Source: a virus
Direction: 5' to 3' (one strand)
IMG/VR virus record: IMGVR_UViG_3300037010_001382
Location: 32,001-96,000 of that record
DNA length: 64,000 bases
The notes below the pieces were generated by a model, which had not been told where the DNA came from, did not search any database, and saw only the letters and a program-made list of their open reading frames with translations. How positions within the stretch are numbered: the first letter of the stretch is position 1; each line of letters opens with the position of its first letter. Below, in pieces: positions 48,001 to 58,772 of the stretch. The position numbers were made by a program, and so were the translations under genes.

Positions 48001-51000
48001 TTGCTCAATCTTTGATAATCTAGATTTAAACAATGGTTCAATAACAACTTGTGCTAATTGATTGATTGAGTGATTCTTTTGATTATTAGCAGCAATAGAT
48101 AAATCTTGTTTACCAGTGATAAATGCGTGTCTTGCTTCTGACATGAACATAGGATCTAAAACAGATCCAGTCTTATCTGCAGTGAATTCATTTGGAGCCA
48201 ATTTTTCCAACATTTTAGAAATACCTTTCAGTAGTTCTGCATTATTTGGTTTAACTAATCTTTCATAGTTTTCTGGATCTAAAATCATTTCACTTAGAGA
48301 GTCATAATATGCATTTTGCAATGATTGCTTATACAACTTTTGAGCATAGCTTTCAATCTTTTCAGCTTCTGAAGCATTAGCATTTTCAAGCGCTTCTACT
48401 TCTTCTTCTGTCATTTCTTCAGAAGGTAAATCTATTACATCTTTAGAAACTTCTTCTTGTTTAAGAGTCTTCTTAAGTTCAGTAGCAATCTCTCTAAATT
48501 GACTTAAAGCAGCTTCACCTGTGCCTAAATATGGAACAGCTTTTGCATTACCATCTTTATCAAGATAAACATTCTTTAAGTATGTATTCAATTTATCGAC
48601 GTCAAAGTCAGAACCAGCTTTTGCTGTAATAGCTTCTGGAACTACTATTGAATCCCCCATATATTCTGGTAAGAAACCTTTGATAACAAATGCTTCTAAA
48701 GAGTTCATTTCCTGTGTAGGAATACGAAAACCTATACCATGTAATAATTCAGGGTTTTCATTAAGATGTAGCATTATTTCTTCATCTGTAGCATCTTTCC
48801 AACGTTCATGACTACGCATTTGTTTTGGAACTTCAGAAGTTATAATAACTTCCATACGTGATACAGACTTTCTCTGACCAGCTTTCTTATGACCTTCTGG
48901 ATAATATTCTGCTTCATAGAACTTAAGTCCATCAGATACTAATCTTGATTGACCTGTATAATTACCATCCTTATCTTTGACTTGAACAGTTCTTATTTCT
49001 TTTCCATTAACGCTACCAACCATTATACCAGGAATCATGATCTTTGGACCACCATTCTGCTTAGGCTTAGCAATTGATTTATCTACATAAGAGAAGATAA
49101 TATCCTTAATTTGCTTATAGTTAGATATTGCTTCTAATGGAGTATTCCATGTTCCTGATTCTTCATTAAAAGATAAAGCATCTTTTAAGTTCTGAGATAC
49201 ATCTCTTCTGAGTAATTCTTCTCTTAAAAGAGCTTCTATCTTAGGCATATTTTCTCTAGGAATAGAAAATCCACCACCTGTTTCAGCATTATCAACTATA
49301 CCTAATTTCTTAAGTAATTCTGTATAACCATGATCTTGCATTGCTTTAAGCAAATTGCAATTATGATCAAATTTACGATATCTTTCTGAATGTTTGATTT
49401 TATCCGCTTCAGATAGCTTACGCCAATCACCTATTTTCTTATCGAAATCTGTAGGAGCAGCATTATCAAATGTATTAAGATTAACCAATGTTGAAGCCTG
49501 TGTACCAAAAGAGTTATCATGGTGATTACCTGCAGTTTCAGTTTGTATACCTAAGTATTTGAAACTCAAATCATTCCTTGTGTTATCTTTAGGACTTTCT
49601 TCATTTAAAGTACCATCTTCATTATAAATATCATGCAATTTATTTTTACCAATCTTACGACCTGAATCTGCAACAGCATAATGAACACCTTCTTCAACCA
49701 TATGTAAGAATAACTTCTCTAATGGTGTACCTCTAACTATTTCATAAGTCATTGGCGCAAGAGAATATTTATCTAATACAAGATTACCAGTCTGATCAAC
49801 ACCTGAATAAATTGGTTTCAAGATATTCAATGTACGATCAACGTTCATTTTCTTTATGCGTTTCTCATCATAAGCTTTTATTTCTGGACGATAATAATTC
49901 TTAGCATTAGCATCTTCAGTCTGCAAATGTCCATCTTGATACATCAACTGTCTGTCTTTAGCTAAAACATAATCATACATTTTATCATGTGCGATAGTAC
50001 CACGTCCACTCTTATAAACTATTTCTCTATGACCTGTTAAAGTAATGAAACCTGAACCATCTGTAGGATTTATAGATTTATAAGCATCTTGTAAGATTTC
50101 ACGAGCTTTAGCATTTCCAGCTAATAGACGTGCATCTTCTGTTATACCTACAAAACTATTAGCTCCGTGAGATACCTGTACTACATCTTGGTCTCTAAAG
50201 TTAACAGTCTTTAATACATCTGTATACTTTCTGTATCCATAGTCACCTTCTCGTAATGTAATAACTTTATCAACAACTTCATCTTGCCCACTCTCAAGAT
50301 CATTTGTAAGCTCTAATGTCTTACCAACTTTAATCTTGTTTAATGTTTCATTTAATGTATTGTTGAACTTTGGATCATCGTATATCATTGTTTCACGTGG
50401 AGACATGAATGACTTGATACGTTTTAGTGGATCCTTAATAGCAGCTACATCACCAAAATAAATCTTGAACATTTCTATATTGTTTATCATATAGTTTGTG
50501 TTCCTGAACTTTAATAACTTCTTAAGATTGTCTTCTGTAAATAGAGCATTCTTATCTTTACGTTGCAATTCATTAGATGCAACAAATTCCATATTGAAGT
50601 TCTTTATACGATAATATTCACTACCTTCAGCTTTAGTAATAGAACCTGCTTTAACAAGATACTGAAGCATTACATCAGCATCATCATCTAATTTCTTGAT
50701 GAATTCATCTTTGTTAAGATTTTCATCTGCATATCCACCAGCTAAATCATGCATTAATGATTTATATTTAGGATCTATTTTACCATCTATACCTGTAGCA
50801 ATTCCTTTTTCTACTTGATAGTAATTATTGAATATATCATAGATTGTATCATTAACGCCTTCTTCGTGGAATGACTTCCAAGGTACTATATGTTCCATTT
50901 TAAGTGTCCATTCTGTCTTGGAATCTGCTGGTACTAGTATGTAATATAACTTGCTTAAATTGGCATTTATTTCAAACATCAACCTTTCAGGATGACTCAT

Positions 51001-54000
51001 CTCAGCAACAGTTTTATTATCTTCACCTGTTCTGTTATCAATGCGACCTTGTATATAACTTGGTTTTAATGTCTTAGAAGCAATACGCTTGTCACCATCA
51101 AATAAGATGCTATTTAAATAAATAGAACCTTGTCTAAATGGTTGTGCCATATGAGGCAATCTCTGTAAGAAATTGTCCTTAGAAGTAGAATTGTTCAAAT
51201 CATTACTGATAGTATGAACAAAGTTAGGACCTACTTCTTGTGATTGTTGTTTGTTATCTATATTATAAAATGTAGATTCTGCTTCACCTGAAGCCTTAAG
51301 ATACAATTCAGCTAATGTTCTTAAACGACCAGCAACCTTAAGATTACCAGCAGTGATTTCATTAACATTTATTTTACCTAAATTGTCAAATAATGCACGA
51401 GTTGCTGTTACAAACTTATCAAGATCTGATTCAGACTGATTAGCTTCTTTAACAGTAGACAACTTATCTCTAAGATCTCTAGTGAAATCTATACCAAGAC
51501 TATTCAAGAACTCAATTTGATTAGTAATTGCTTCTTCTTTATCTTTACTACTAATCTTTACATCACCATAAGCATCCTTGAAACGATCACCATTAAATGT
51601 ATATTGACCTTCTTCACCAGGAACATTACTCTCTTGTATAGGACTTCCTTTCTCACCAACTGTACCCTTAAGAGTATCAAGCCATATAGCTACTCTCTTA
51701 ATTGTAGAAGCATTTAAGTTCTGTGGAGAGAAATTGGTATTATTATCTTCATGTATGTACATAGTAATAGCTTCTGGACGTTGCTTTCCAAATACATTAT
51801 TGAATGCAGCTCTAATTTTAACTTCATCTCCTGACCAAACATCTTTCATCTGACCAAGACGTTCTACTACCTTAACGATATTAGGATCGAATTTAGCCAT
51901 AAATTCAAGATGCTCCATCTTTTCTGGAAGTGTATTAAACTCTGTAAGTTCAGAACGTACATAGTTTACTAACTTACTAAAATTAACAGGTATAGGCATA
52001 TTAGTAGAAGGATCAAGTTTCTCACGTAATACCTGAGTTACATTACCTTCTTCATCTACTTCATCAACCCACTTTTGTTCAACAATAGTAGAGAATAACA
52101 ACTTCATAGAAGCTGACATACTCTTATTATTATCAACACTGAATACGTCTTGGAAATCTCTATTATTAGCTACTTCTGTTTCGTTTTCAGAATCATGTTT
52201 AATGCCCATTCCCTTAAGATACTCCTTAACAAGAGAATCTTTATTAGTTGCAATTTCATCCCAGTGAGCATCAATGTTATTCCACATTCTCAGATGTTGT
52301 TCATACTGATCCTGAGTGATAAGATTGTCCTGATATTGTGATTCTATAGAATTAGGATCTGATTCTTCATAAGATAAAGGATATTCCTTCCCTTCTGTAT
52401 CCCATCCTACATTTACGAAGTCACTCTTCATTCTTCTACGTACTGTCTCTAGTAGATCTTTAGCGTTATATTTCTTAACATCAAATTCTATTAGCGACTT
52501 AGAATCAGCAAATAATTGCTGAATAAGACGTGAAGTTACACCTTTAACAACCATTGAACTATCTTGTATAGATAATGGCCCTATTGTCATTTTTCTTGCT
52601 TCGCCTGTACCTGTATATTCATTCAGACGAGGAGCTGTTTTATAATAACCTATATTGATATTCTTGAAGTAATTCTTAATACTACCATCAAATAATCCTT
52701 TTACAAAGTTTACAAAATCTTCGAACATTCTTGCAATGAAATTAGACTTAGTACTCTTAGGAGCTGAATAAAATTTGTTATCAAGTACATAATGACCTAA
52801 TTCTTCTGCAAGTTGTTCTTTCAGTTCATAATCTGAAGCATCAGCATATTTAATAATACGATCATCTTCATGATGGCGGAATTCACCCTTTCTAGATCTG
52901 AATTCTTCCATTATCTGAGCACGCTCTTTAGCAGCTGTAAATGAAGCCCATATACCTTCAAATGCTTCATGTTCAATAGTACCACGCTTAGCATTTTCAT
53001 ACCATTCAGCATGTGTACCAACGTATTGACCAAATGCAAGTCCACCATCTGTAAGTTTTATAATTGTCTTAAGACGTTCTCCAGGAAATGGAACATTAGC
53101 ATTAAACCAAGCTTCTGACGTACCTATATCATGTAGAGCAAATTCTAATTCATTAGAGTTCATTCTACGTGCATTACCTTTATTACCACCACCTCTACGC
53201 TTTGCAGGAGCAGCAGGTTTTGGTTCTTCTTCTTTTGCTTTATCTGATTCTTCTACTTTAGCTGCAACTTGTGCATCTTCTGCAGGAGTATTAGATACTT
53301 TTTTAGCTTGTTCAGCCATATTAAGTTCATATTGACCTATCATTGTGGTCATGAACTTTTCTACTTTCTCTTGTAAACTCTTTACTGTTTCATCTGGTCC
53401 TGCAGATACGAGTTGTAGCATTACAGGTACAGCAACAGGATTAGTAGGATTTTGTAAATTATGCATCAGATTCTTCATATCTTCAGCGTTAATTACAACC
53501 TTACCATCTTCTATTTTATACTTTAATTTAGTATTGTTCAAATCAAGAACAGGAGCACTAAATTCTTTTTCAGCAACAATAGCAGGATCTTTAGTAGCTT
53601 CTGGTTTCTTTGTAGCAGCAGCTTCTTTAGCACTCTTAACAAACATATAGCTACCTTCTTCTTTATTACGAAGCTTAGCATAACGTCCTTGCATATTAGT
53701 TGAATATTCACCTTGTCCCTTCATATTAACAGAAGTTCTAAAAGGAATTTCATCTACATGTCTTTGTTCTTTATCGTTACCATTTCTTAAATCATAATGA
53801 TCAGACAAGAGATAATGCTGATAAGTTTTCCATTCACGTGTTTGAATAGTTATTTTACCTTTATCATCTGCTTTTGTGTACATTTCTTGAAATGGTTCAT
53901 TTGCAATAAGTAAACCACTATTTGCATTTGTATACAATTCAGCAAGACGAGCTTTGAATTCAGCTATTTGATTATTTGGATTATCTTCGTTAAAAGTTTC

Positions 54001-55407
54001 TTCTGTAAATGGAAATCTATAAGGATAACCTGCTTTATTTTCACCTATCAGTAATTCACTACCTTTAAGATATAACTGATTCTTATTACCTCTAAAGTCC
54101 TTACCTGTTGATCTAGGATCATTAGTACGACCATAATAAATAACACCTTGTAAATATTGTGTTAATTTAGTAAGTTGATCTTTAAATGAGTCTCTTTCAG
54201 CTTTTTGTTTCTCATCTGTAGTTTTAAAACTAATACCATGAATATCATCAAATAATTTAGCAGATTGTTTCAGAATATGAAACATGTCTTCTACTTGTGT
54301 TGTTGATAATTTACGGTTATTTAAGAATTGTAATGTACCGCCTTGTTCCAAATAAACAGCACCCACTTTAGCAGGTATATTCTCACCTTGATGAGTAATA
54401 CCTGATGGATCTGTTGCTATCTTAACAAGACCTAAGTCATATAAGTCACCTCTTTCGACAAGAGACCCTACAGTGGGATTTTGTTTCCACTTAGTTGGAT
54501 CTTTAGGATCTGGAGTTCTTTTTGGATGACCACGCGATACATCAAAATTAAATAATATTGGTTGTGTACCATCATTAGCTAACATTTCTGCTCTCTTACC
54601 TTTCCACTGATCTATATATTGCTTTTGTTCAGCTTCAGTTGTACCTGCTGGAAATCTACTTCTACCTGTCCTAACAGATGTTGGAGAAGGAGTTGGTAAT
54701 GTATTGATAACCAAATCATGTGCTGTAGGATTCTCTATACGTTCTCCTTTTACATTCAGGAAATGATATTTACCTTTAGGATTACCTTGTCCATTATTAT
54801 GAGTAGGATCCCATTCTACAGCAACTGTAGCAATAGTTTTGTCATCAGGATTAGTCTGATCATAAGCACGTCTATCAGGAGTACCAGTCTCTTCTAATTC
54901 TTTCTCTGAAGTATTAATATTCAGAAAATCAATTAGAGAATGTTGACCATATTCTCCTGCAAGTGTACCTTGCCATACTTTATCAAGTCCTAATTTAGCA
55001 ACATTGTTAGATGTCACTACAAGCATTTGTAAAGAAGAATTTTCTCTTCCTTTCTGCTTAAGCATAGTACTTCTAATCTGATTGAAATTACTAAAGAACT
55101 GCTGCGTTCTAGCTACACGACTTTCATCAAATGCACTAGTTGGAGGAGTTATAGTACTACCAAATACAAAAGGAGCAGGCTTGAGTTTACCATTTTCTTC
55201 TATATCAATCTGCCTTTCAAGTCTAGATAAAGGTTCAGAAATAGCACGTTTTGCGATCACTTCTTTAAACTTATCTAATAACTTCTCAGCTTCCTCTATA
55301 GTAGGTATTTTCTCGTCATTTAATTTAAATGCAGCTAACGCTTCACCTTTACCAAACTTCTCAATCAAATCCTTATATTCTTGTAAATTCTTGTTGGGAC
55401 AACCCAT
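45043..55407 (-). CDS. Giant virion-associated DNA-dependent RNA polymerase of crAss type, with zincin-like domain (3454 aa)
   Basis: GFRIPTQ...KAGSDFDVDKL (DxDxD at 48595-48609), KR.K, TDGSGF, LKP.Y.G, K.S; HEAFE...EQLAE zincin-like motif. Confidence 0.88.
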   Translation of the reverse strand: MGCPNKNLQEYKDLIEKFGKGEALAAFKLNDEKIPTIEEAEKLLDKFKEVIAKRAISEPLSRLERQIDIEENGKLKPAPFVFGSTITPPTSAFDESRVARTQQFFSNFNQIRSTMLKQKGRENSSLQMLVVTSNNVAKLGLDKVWQGTLAGEYGQHSLIDFLNINTSEKELEETGTPDRRAYDQTNPDDKTIATVAVEWDPTHNNGQGNPKGKYHFLNVKGERIENPTAHDLVINTLPTPSPTSVRTGRSRFPAGTTEAEQKQYIDQWKGKRAEMLANDGTQPILFNFDVSRGHPKRTPDPKDPTKWKQNPTVGSLVERGDLYDLGLVKIATDPSGITHQGENIPAKVGAVYLEQGGTLQFLNNRKLSTTQVEDMFHILKQSAKLFDDIHGISFKTTDEKQKAERDSFKDQLTKLTQYLQGVIYYGRTNDPRSTGKDFRGNKNQLYLKGSELLIGENKAGYPYRFPFTEETFNEDNPNNQIAEFKARLAELYTNANSGLLIANEPFQEMYTKADDKGKITIQTREWKTYQHYLLSDHYDLRNGNDKEQRHVDEIPFRTSVNMKGQGEYSTNMQGRYAKLRNKEEGSYMFVKSAKEAAATKKPEATKDPAIVAEKEFSAPVLDLNNTKLKYKIEDGKVVINAEDMKNLMHNLQNPTNPVAVPVMLQLVSAGPDETVKSLQEKVEKFMTTMIGQYELNMAEQAKKVSNTPAEDAQVAAKVEESDKAKEEEPKPAAPAKRRGGGNKGNARRMNSNELEFALHDIGTSEAWFNANVPFPGERLKTIIKLTDGGLAFGQYVGTHAEWYENAKRGTIEHEAFEGIWASFTAAKERAQIMEEFRSRKGEFRHHEDDRIIKYADASDYELKEQLAEELGHYVLDNKFYSAPKSTKSNFIARMFEDFVNFVKGLFDGSIKNYFKNINIGYYKTAPRLNEYTGTGEARKMTIGPLSIQDSSMVVKGVTSRLIQQLFADSKSLIEFDVKKYNAKDLLETVRRRMKSDFVNVGWDTEGKEYPLSYEESDPNSIESQYQDNLITQDQYEQHLRMWNNIDAHWDEIATNKDSLVKEYLKGMGIKHDSENETEVANNRDFQDVFSVDNNKSMSASMKLLFSTIVEQKWVDEVDEEGNVTQVLREKLDPSTNMPIPVNFSKLVNYVRSELTEFNTLPEKMEHLEFMAKFDPNIVKVVERLGQMKDVWSGDEVKIRAAFNNVFGKQRPEAITMYIHEDNNTNFSPQNLNASTIKRVAIWLDTLKGTVGEKGSPIQESNVPGEEGQYTFNGDRFKDAYGDVKISSKDKEEAITNQIEFLNSLGIDFTRDLRDKLSTVKEANQSESDLDKFVTATRALFDNLGKINVNEITAGNLKVAGRLRTLAELYLKASGEAESTFYNIDNKQQSQEVGPNFVHTISNDLNNSTSKDNFLQRLPHMAQPFRQGSIYLNSILFDGDKRIASKTLKPSYIQGRIDNRTGEDNKTVAEMSHPERLMFEINANLSKLYYILVPADSKTEWTLKMEHIVPWKSFHEEGVNDTIYDIFNNYYQVEKGIATGIDGKIDPKYKSLMHDLAGGYADENLNKDEFIKKLDDDADVMLQYLVKAGSITKAEGSEYYRIKNFNMEFVASNELQRKDKNALFTEDNLKKLLKFRNTNYMINNIEMFKIYFGDVAAIKDPLKRIKSFMSPRETMIYDDPKFNNTLNETLNKIKVGKTLELTNDLESGQDEVVDKVITLREGDYGYRKYTDVLKTVNFRDQDVVQVSHGANSFVGITEDARLLAGNAKAREILQDAYKSINPTDGSGFITLTGHREIVYKSGRGTIAHDKMYDYVLAKDRQLMYQDGHLQTEDANAKNYYRPEIKAYDEKRIKKMNVDRTLNILKPIYSGVDQTGNLVLDKYSLAPMTYEIVRGTPLEKLFLHMVEEGVHYAVADSGRKIGKNKLHDIYNEDGTLNEESPKDNTRNDLSFKYLGIQTETAGNHHDNSFGTQASTLVNLNTFDNAAPTDFDKKIGDWRKLSEADKIKHSERYRKFDHNCNLLKAMQDHGYTELLKKLGIVDNAETGGGFSIPRENMPKIEALLREELLRRDVSQNLKDALSFNEESGTWNTPLEAISNYKQIKDIIFSYVDKSIAKPKQNGGPKIMIPGIMVGSVNGKEIRTVQVKDKDGNYTGQSRLVSDGLKFYEAEYYPEGHKKAGQRKSVSRMEVIITSEVPKQMRSHERWKDATDEEIMLHLNENPELLHGIGFRIPTQEMNSLEAFVIKGFLPEYMGDSIVVPEAITAKAGSDFDVDKLNTYLKNVYLDKDGNAKAVPYLGTGEAALSQFREIATELKKTLKQEEVSKDVIDLPSEEMTEEEVEALENANASEAEKIESYAQKLYKQSLQNAYYDSLSEMILDPENYERLVKPNNAELLKGISKMLEKLAPNEFTADKTGSVLDPMFMSEARHAFITGKQDLSIAANNQKNHSINQLAQVVIEPLFKSRLSKIEQTFIGDTKILLPHNKTTVNYTYRWNAQAGALEKVPFEQGRALPTFSGVTDNKKQVISDNISQGIDGYADVAKGAWIMNIIQHHMISSTYFTMLKMGIDPETAGLFTNQPIIREFVKMLAKNDSTFMLKRVDSTERRSLFDMFPVDIPNRTAVEKKAWSINMQKAINERMKEGFDNPQFLGALPENIRSFYKDGQLSSKEKNLEQHAILQEFLKYKVISDHMFVMQEASTWDTKSMAEPNMQLRKRDIVEKARTSIIISSIDELLQANHLENLMKHVGQSSVAINESMFKIGHPIVRTYVKGILNMLPSRMSGDNYQRAAQAVEENLISFLVQNSDLNALSRKEYEGVTDKRYNERIHELLIDKKTSISARIKQLRKDLKNDSNSDIANSLFLKRLVVKTKKNVADIKNIFLSSKPTDSFSIDVLTDAMREFRDSTIPLKYKDLYNDILIASFLQSGLANSDISFGKYMPAEDYAKIVSPAINELVDNNGKVNSEEMLQKFYDSKDFFRNKWQDKKIVPQEKEIWDMNEDGSGKSKYRVSPDIAEVFKSIRERANESWSVPYAEKTAKTVNEYHPVADLKINSEEEESTKKVIGRKRAETAIKGNRITSEDHPKLKLMVHETEDGQFAVINDKTGREISRGATKKEAVDNATKIINKTGNTTKKTIGLTKRDMYDPNDKVEFAYRPYQDYIPFKLPLDNLSAQYDFITLHAESISNAIARSQDLDPVVKDPSYFLQKVRGKDGKEFTIQEGGQEWYLYVPISTKGDGRLLEEHTPDSPMSVLRTDGYQVPAEIPHSAIIEGIQEFYDDMREYHESLKKQGVTDEEGNFQELDEDGFLKPKENLVEPEKSGNFVEPDNTPKNVEVTVKKDDKSDWSLSVTPTGQVYNKTTGDQLDPVKDKKLINKALLKSGFLPHKLVEAKNGIKYAVTNDGRIFTMAESNMGAELSADSGIRKDVLEKYEKLIGNKDPNKVEPDGLPPIDLTEENNC

Positions 55408-55410
55408 ATA

Positions 55411-58400
55411 TTATAAACAGTTTAAACTATCAATTATTTCGGCTTTACTCAAACCTTTTGCATCCATTAAATCTACTACTTTTCTTGCGTCTTTAGTAAA
55501 CTCATCAAGACTTTCTTCTCTATTTTCTATTGCATCATAAATGTCTTTAATCTCTAAATCATCTATAATCTTATCTGCAGTTTCTGTAGTACCTGTTTCT
55601 TCTTCATGAATAACATTTTCTACAGTTTTATATTTTGAATTTGTCAATGCTTCCTTTTCGTTATATTCTTCTACAAAGTTATTTAATTCTTGTCTTTCTG
55701 GAGCATCTACTATCTCTTGTGGAGTTTCTGTTGCTATGTGATTAGCTAATAAAGCAGGATCTATATGATAAGTTTTTCCATCTTCTGTTTTAACTTCTAT
55801 ATTTCCACGTCCATCTAATTCTCTACCAGTGATCGTTACTGTTCCAAGTTCCTTAGCAAATGTCTCAGCATCTTTAGTCGCTTCTACTTCTGCTTCTTCT
55901 TTACTCTTAAATATCTTAGTAGCATTTATTCCACCCCAATAATCCTTAGTAAAGAACTTTGATATACCTTTTGTGTCTTTAGATTCTGTTACTTTAGGTA
56001 TTTCCATACCTTTCTGTAATACATATTTATGACCTGTTTGGTAACTCTTTTCTCCAGCTTGTACTATATTTGCAACAGTACCTTTTTCTTTTGCTTCTTG
56101 TAATTGACGTTTACCTTCTGATGCTAGGAATACTTTAGTATCCATCCATTCTTTAAAGCCTTTCTCTGTATATAAGTGATTTATCAGGGCATTTGCATCA
56201 TTGATATCTGATTTAAGATTATCTATATCAAATCCTTTTTGCAACAATCCTTCATCACCAACTATATCCGAAGTTTCAACATCAATTCTTTCAGCAGAAG
56301 GATCTCTACCATTCATTTCAAAACTTGCTAAAGATTGAAAGATTTCTGCTTGTTGAGCAAGATTAGCTTTCTTTTCATTTACATCTTTAACATATCTTTC
56401 AATATTTCCTATATGAGTATCAAGCGTTGCTCTTTCTTTTCTTATTTCAGTACGTCTGTCTGCTGTACCTTTAGCATGTCCAAGTTCTTCTTGTTCCTTA
56501 AACAGTTCAGTACTTCTTTCAGAATATTGTTTCTTTAAACTTTCAAGACCGCCATAAGTAGTAACACTGTGTACTATATCTGGGGTTAATCTTTCATGAG
56601 TTTTAAAGATAGATTCTGCTATATCATTTAAACGTGATTTTCTATCATTTATTGCATACTTTGATTTTATAAGATCTTCTTTTGTACTTTCATACGCGAG
56701 ATAGTATTCAGTCATTGCTTTTCCTTCTTCATCTCTAGCGTCAGGACGATATTGGAAATTATTTGTAAATACTTTACTTATGCCCTCATGATAAGTTTTA
56801 AGCAAATCAGCATGATTCATCATTTTATCAACAAGTGCATGTTTTTGTGCCATTGTTGTGTCATTGTTGATGTCACCCATTAATTTGTTAACTTCTTCTT
56901 CAGGTAATTCTTTGATCATTTTTAGTTGTTCTTTTACAACATCAAAACGATTACTTTTTATACCTGTAAGAATCATATCGACAAACTGTTCAGCTTGTAA
57001 ATTCTTATATTCAAATATATCTCCTGTTTCTACAGCTTTTTTCATTCCTTCAGAATGACTAAGCCCGTTTGCTATACTTGTGTATTGATCAGAAAATAAA
57101 CCTGTTATACTATTTTTTCTAAGATTTTCTAAAGCGACTTGAGATGCTTTCTCTGGACTTAATCTTCCAGCTTTTTTGGCCATCGCTTCACTTATTCCAT
57201 GTTCTATTGGTCCTACAAATAAACCTGTTAAAGCACCAGTAAGCATCGATTCTAAACCTTCAGTAGTGCCAAAAGTAGAAGATAATCCTTCCATTGTAGA
57301 ACCAAATAAATCACCTGCTCCTTCGTAATCTGGATTATTATATTTTCTTCTATAGTAAGCTTTAGTACCAACGTCTGTGCCATGTACAGCCCCCATTACA
57401 ATTGCTTGGGTTCCTATGCTTGTAGGTTTAACCCACTTTCCAAATTGAGCTAATCTCGACTGAGGAGTTAGCTTTAAATTGTTAATATCTTGTATAGTTT
57501 TAACTTCAGTAGATGCCAATCCTATTTCACCAGCTTGTTCAAGTGTAGTAGCTGCTAACCCTGTTTTAATGCCATTTTTAGCTGCACTAAAGCCCTTCAT
57601 TACATTAGGGAATACAATTGCATTCTGAAGTGTAAAAGCGACGAAATCAAGGCCATATTTAGTATTTGCAGATGCATGAGCATATTGCTCAATTGTTGCT
57701 AAATCATCTTTATCTGTAGGAGCATAACCATGTTCTTTGATATACTCTTTCTCAAGTTCATCTTTAGTAGATTTGTATGATTCTCTAGCACCTTGAGCTG
57801 CCATCATATTAGATGACGAAGCTAGTGTTAGACCATATTGTACATTAGATATTACTTTAACTCCTGCAGCTGCTTCTTCTAATCTTTTTGCATTCCTAAA
57901 TGCATCACCTGTTACTTTAGAAGCTTCTAAGAATTGTTCGAATTTACTTCCACCTGTTGCTAATTTAGATATTCTTAAAGCACTACGACCAAAGATCCTA
58001 GAGATAGTATTAGCTTCAGCGCCTAATGCTGCAATATTACCTAATCCTTCTGTAGTAGCTGCTAATGCAGCATTTTCTACAACTGCTCCTGCTAATGTAC
58101 CTACAACAAGACCTGAACCTTTAAATATCTTATCAAACCAAAAGTTAGCAGAACCACTTGTAAATGGTATAGCTGCTCTTAATGGATGATTAAGTTCATC
58201 TTGTGTGTAATAGTTAACAAAAGTATTTTCTATATTACTTTGGAAATCTTCTAATGTTTTAGCTACTGGATTATCATAAATAGCACTTACACCTTTAGAA
58301 GCACTACCATTAGCTATAGCAGATGAAGCGCCATGAATCAAATCTGGAATTGACATTAATGTCTCCAGAAATGCAGTACCTGCACCAACAGCAAATTTAG

Positions 58401-58770
58401 CTGTATCATTTCCTAATTTAGAAAAGATACCTTGATTTTGTGCTGCTATTTCTTCATTATTCTGCCAAGGATTAAATTGTCCAGATTGATGATATCTTTT
58501 AGCTTCTTCTTGTGGTGTATAAATAGAAGAATAATCATCAAGTGGTTTTACTTGTAGATTGGATAAGTAATCATCTAATCCTACTTTAGCTACATTTTCA
58601 TTCTCAGGACGATATTCATTCGGATCTGCTATAGATGGAACATATATATCAGGAGCTCCATGACCAGGTACTATTGCAGTATTATGTGCTGGAACAATAC
58701 CAGCAGCATTAGGATCTGTAGGAGCAAGATATGGAAATGGCGATTGTGGATTAAAATTTGTACTGTCCAT
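55411..58770 (-). CDS. Large virion cargo/ejection protein (1119 aa)
   Basis: A/G-rich hydrophobic segments followed by coiled coil; immediately upstream of the RNAP gene. Confidence 0.7.
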   Translation of the reverse strand: MDSTNFNPQSPFPYLAPTDPNAAGIVPAHNTAIVPGHGAPDIYVPSIADPNEYRPENENVAKVGLDDYLSNLQVKPLDDYSSIYTPQEEAKRYHQSGQFNPWQNNEEIAAQNQGIFSKLGNDTAKFAVGAGTAFLETLMSIPDLIHGASSAIANGSASKGVSAIYDNPVAKTLEDFQSNIENTFVNYYTQDELNHPLRAAIPFTSGSANFWFDKIFKGSGLVVGTLAGAVVENAALAATTEGLGNIAALGAEANTISRIFGRSALRISKLATGGSKFEQFLEASKVTGDAFRNAKRLEEAAAGVKVISNVQYGLTLASSSNMMAAQGARESYKSTKDELEKEYIKEHGYAPTDKDDLATIEQYAHASANTKYGLDFVAFTLQNAIVFPNVMKGFSAAKNGIKTGLAATTLEQAGEIGLASTEVKTIQDINNLKLTPQSRLAQFGKWVKPTSIGTQAIVMGAVHGTDVGTKAYYRRKYNNPDYEGAGDLFGSTMEGLSSTFGTTEGLESMLTGALTGLFVGPIEHGISEAMAKKAGRLSPEKASQVALENLRKNSITGLFSDQYTSIANGLSHSEGMKKAVETGDIFEYKNLQAEQFVDMILTGIKSNRFDVVKEQLKMIKELPEEEVNKLMGDINNDTTMAQKHALVDKMMNHADLLKTYHEGISKVFTNNFQYRPDARDEEGKAMTEYYLAYESTKEDLIKSKYAINDRKSRLNDIAESIFKTHERLTPDIVHSVTTYGGLESLKKQYSERSTELFKEQEELGHAKGTADRRTEIRKERATLDTHIGNIERYVKDVNEKKANLAQQAEIFQSLASFEMNGRDPSAERIDVETSDIVGDEGLLQKGFDIDNLKSDINDANALINHLYTEKGFKEWMDTKVFLASEGKRQLQEAKEKGTVANIVQAGEKSYQTGHKYVLQKGMEIPKVTESKDTKGISKFFTKDYWGGINATKIFKSKEEAEVEATKDAETFAKELGTVTITGRELDGRGNIEVKTEDGKTYHIDPALLANHIATETPQEIVDAPERQELNNFVEEYNEKEALTNSKYKTVENVIHEEETGTTETADKIIDDLEIKDIYDAIENREESLDEFTKDARKVVDLMDAKGLSKAEIIDSLNCL

Positions 58771-58772
58771 TA

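Noticed and set aside
896-57058. Numerous short antisense or alternate-frame ORFs in the track (e.g. 2551-2961, 10537-10905, 46607-47047, 55082-55540)
   Set aside because: They lie within or across well-supported genes and have no recognisable motifs or expression signals.
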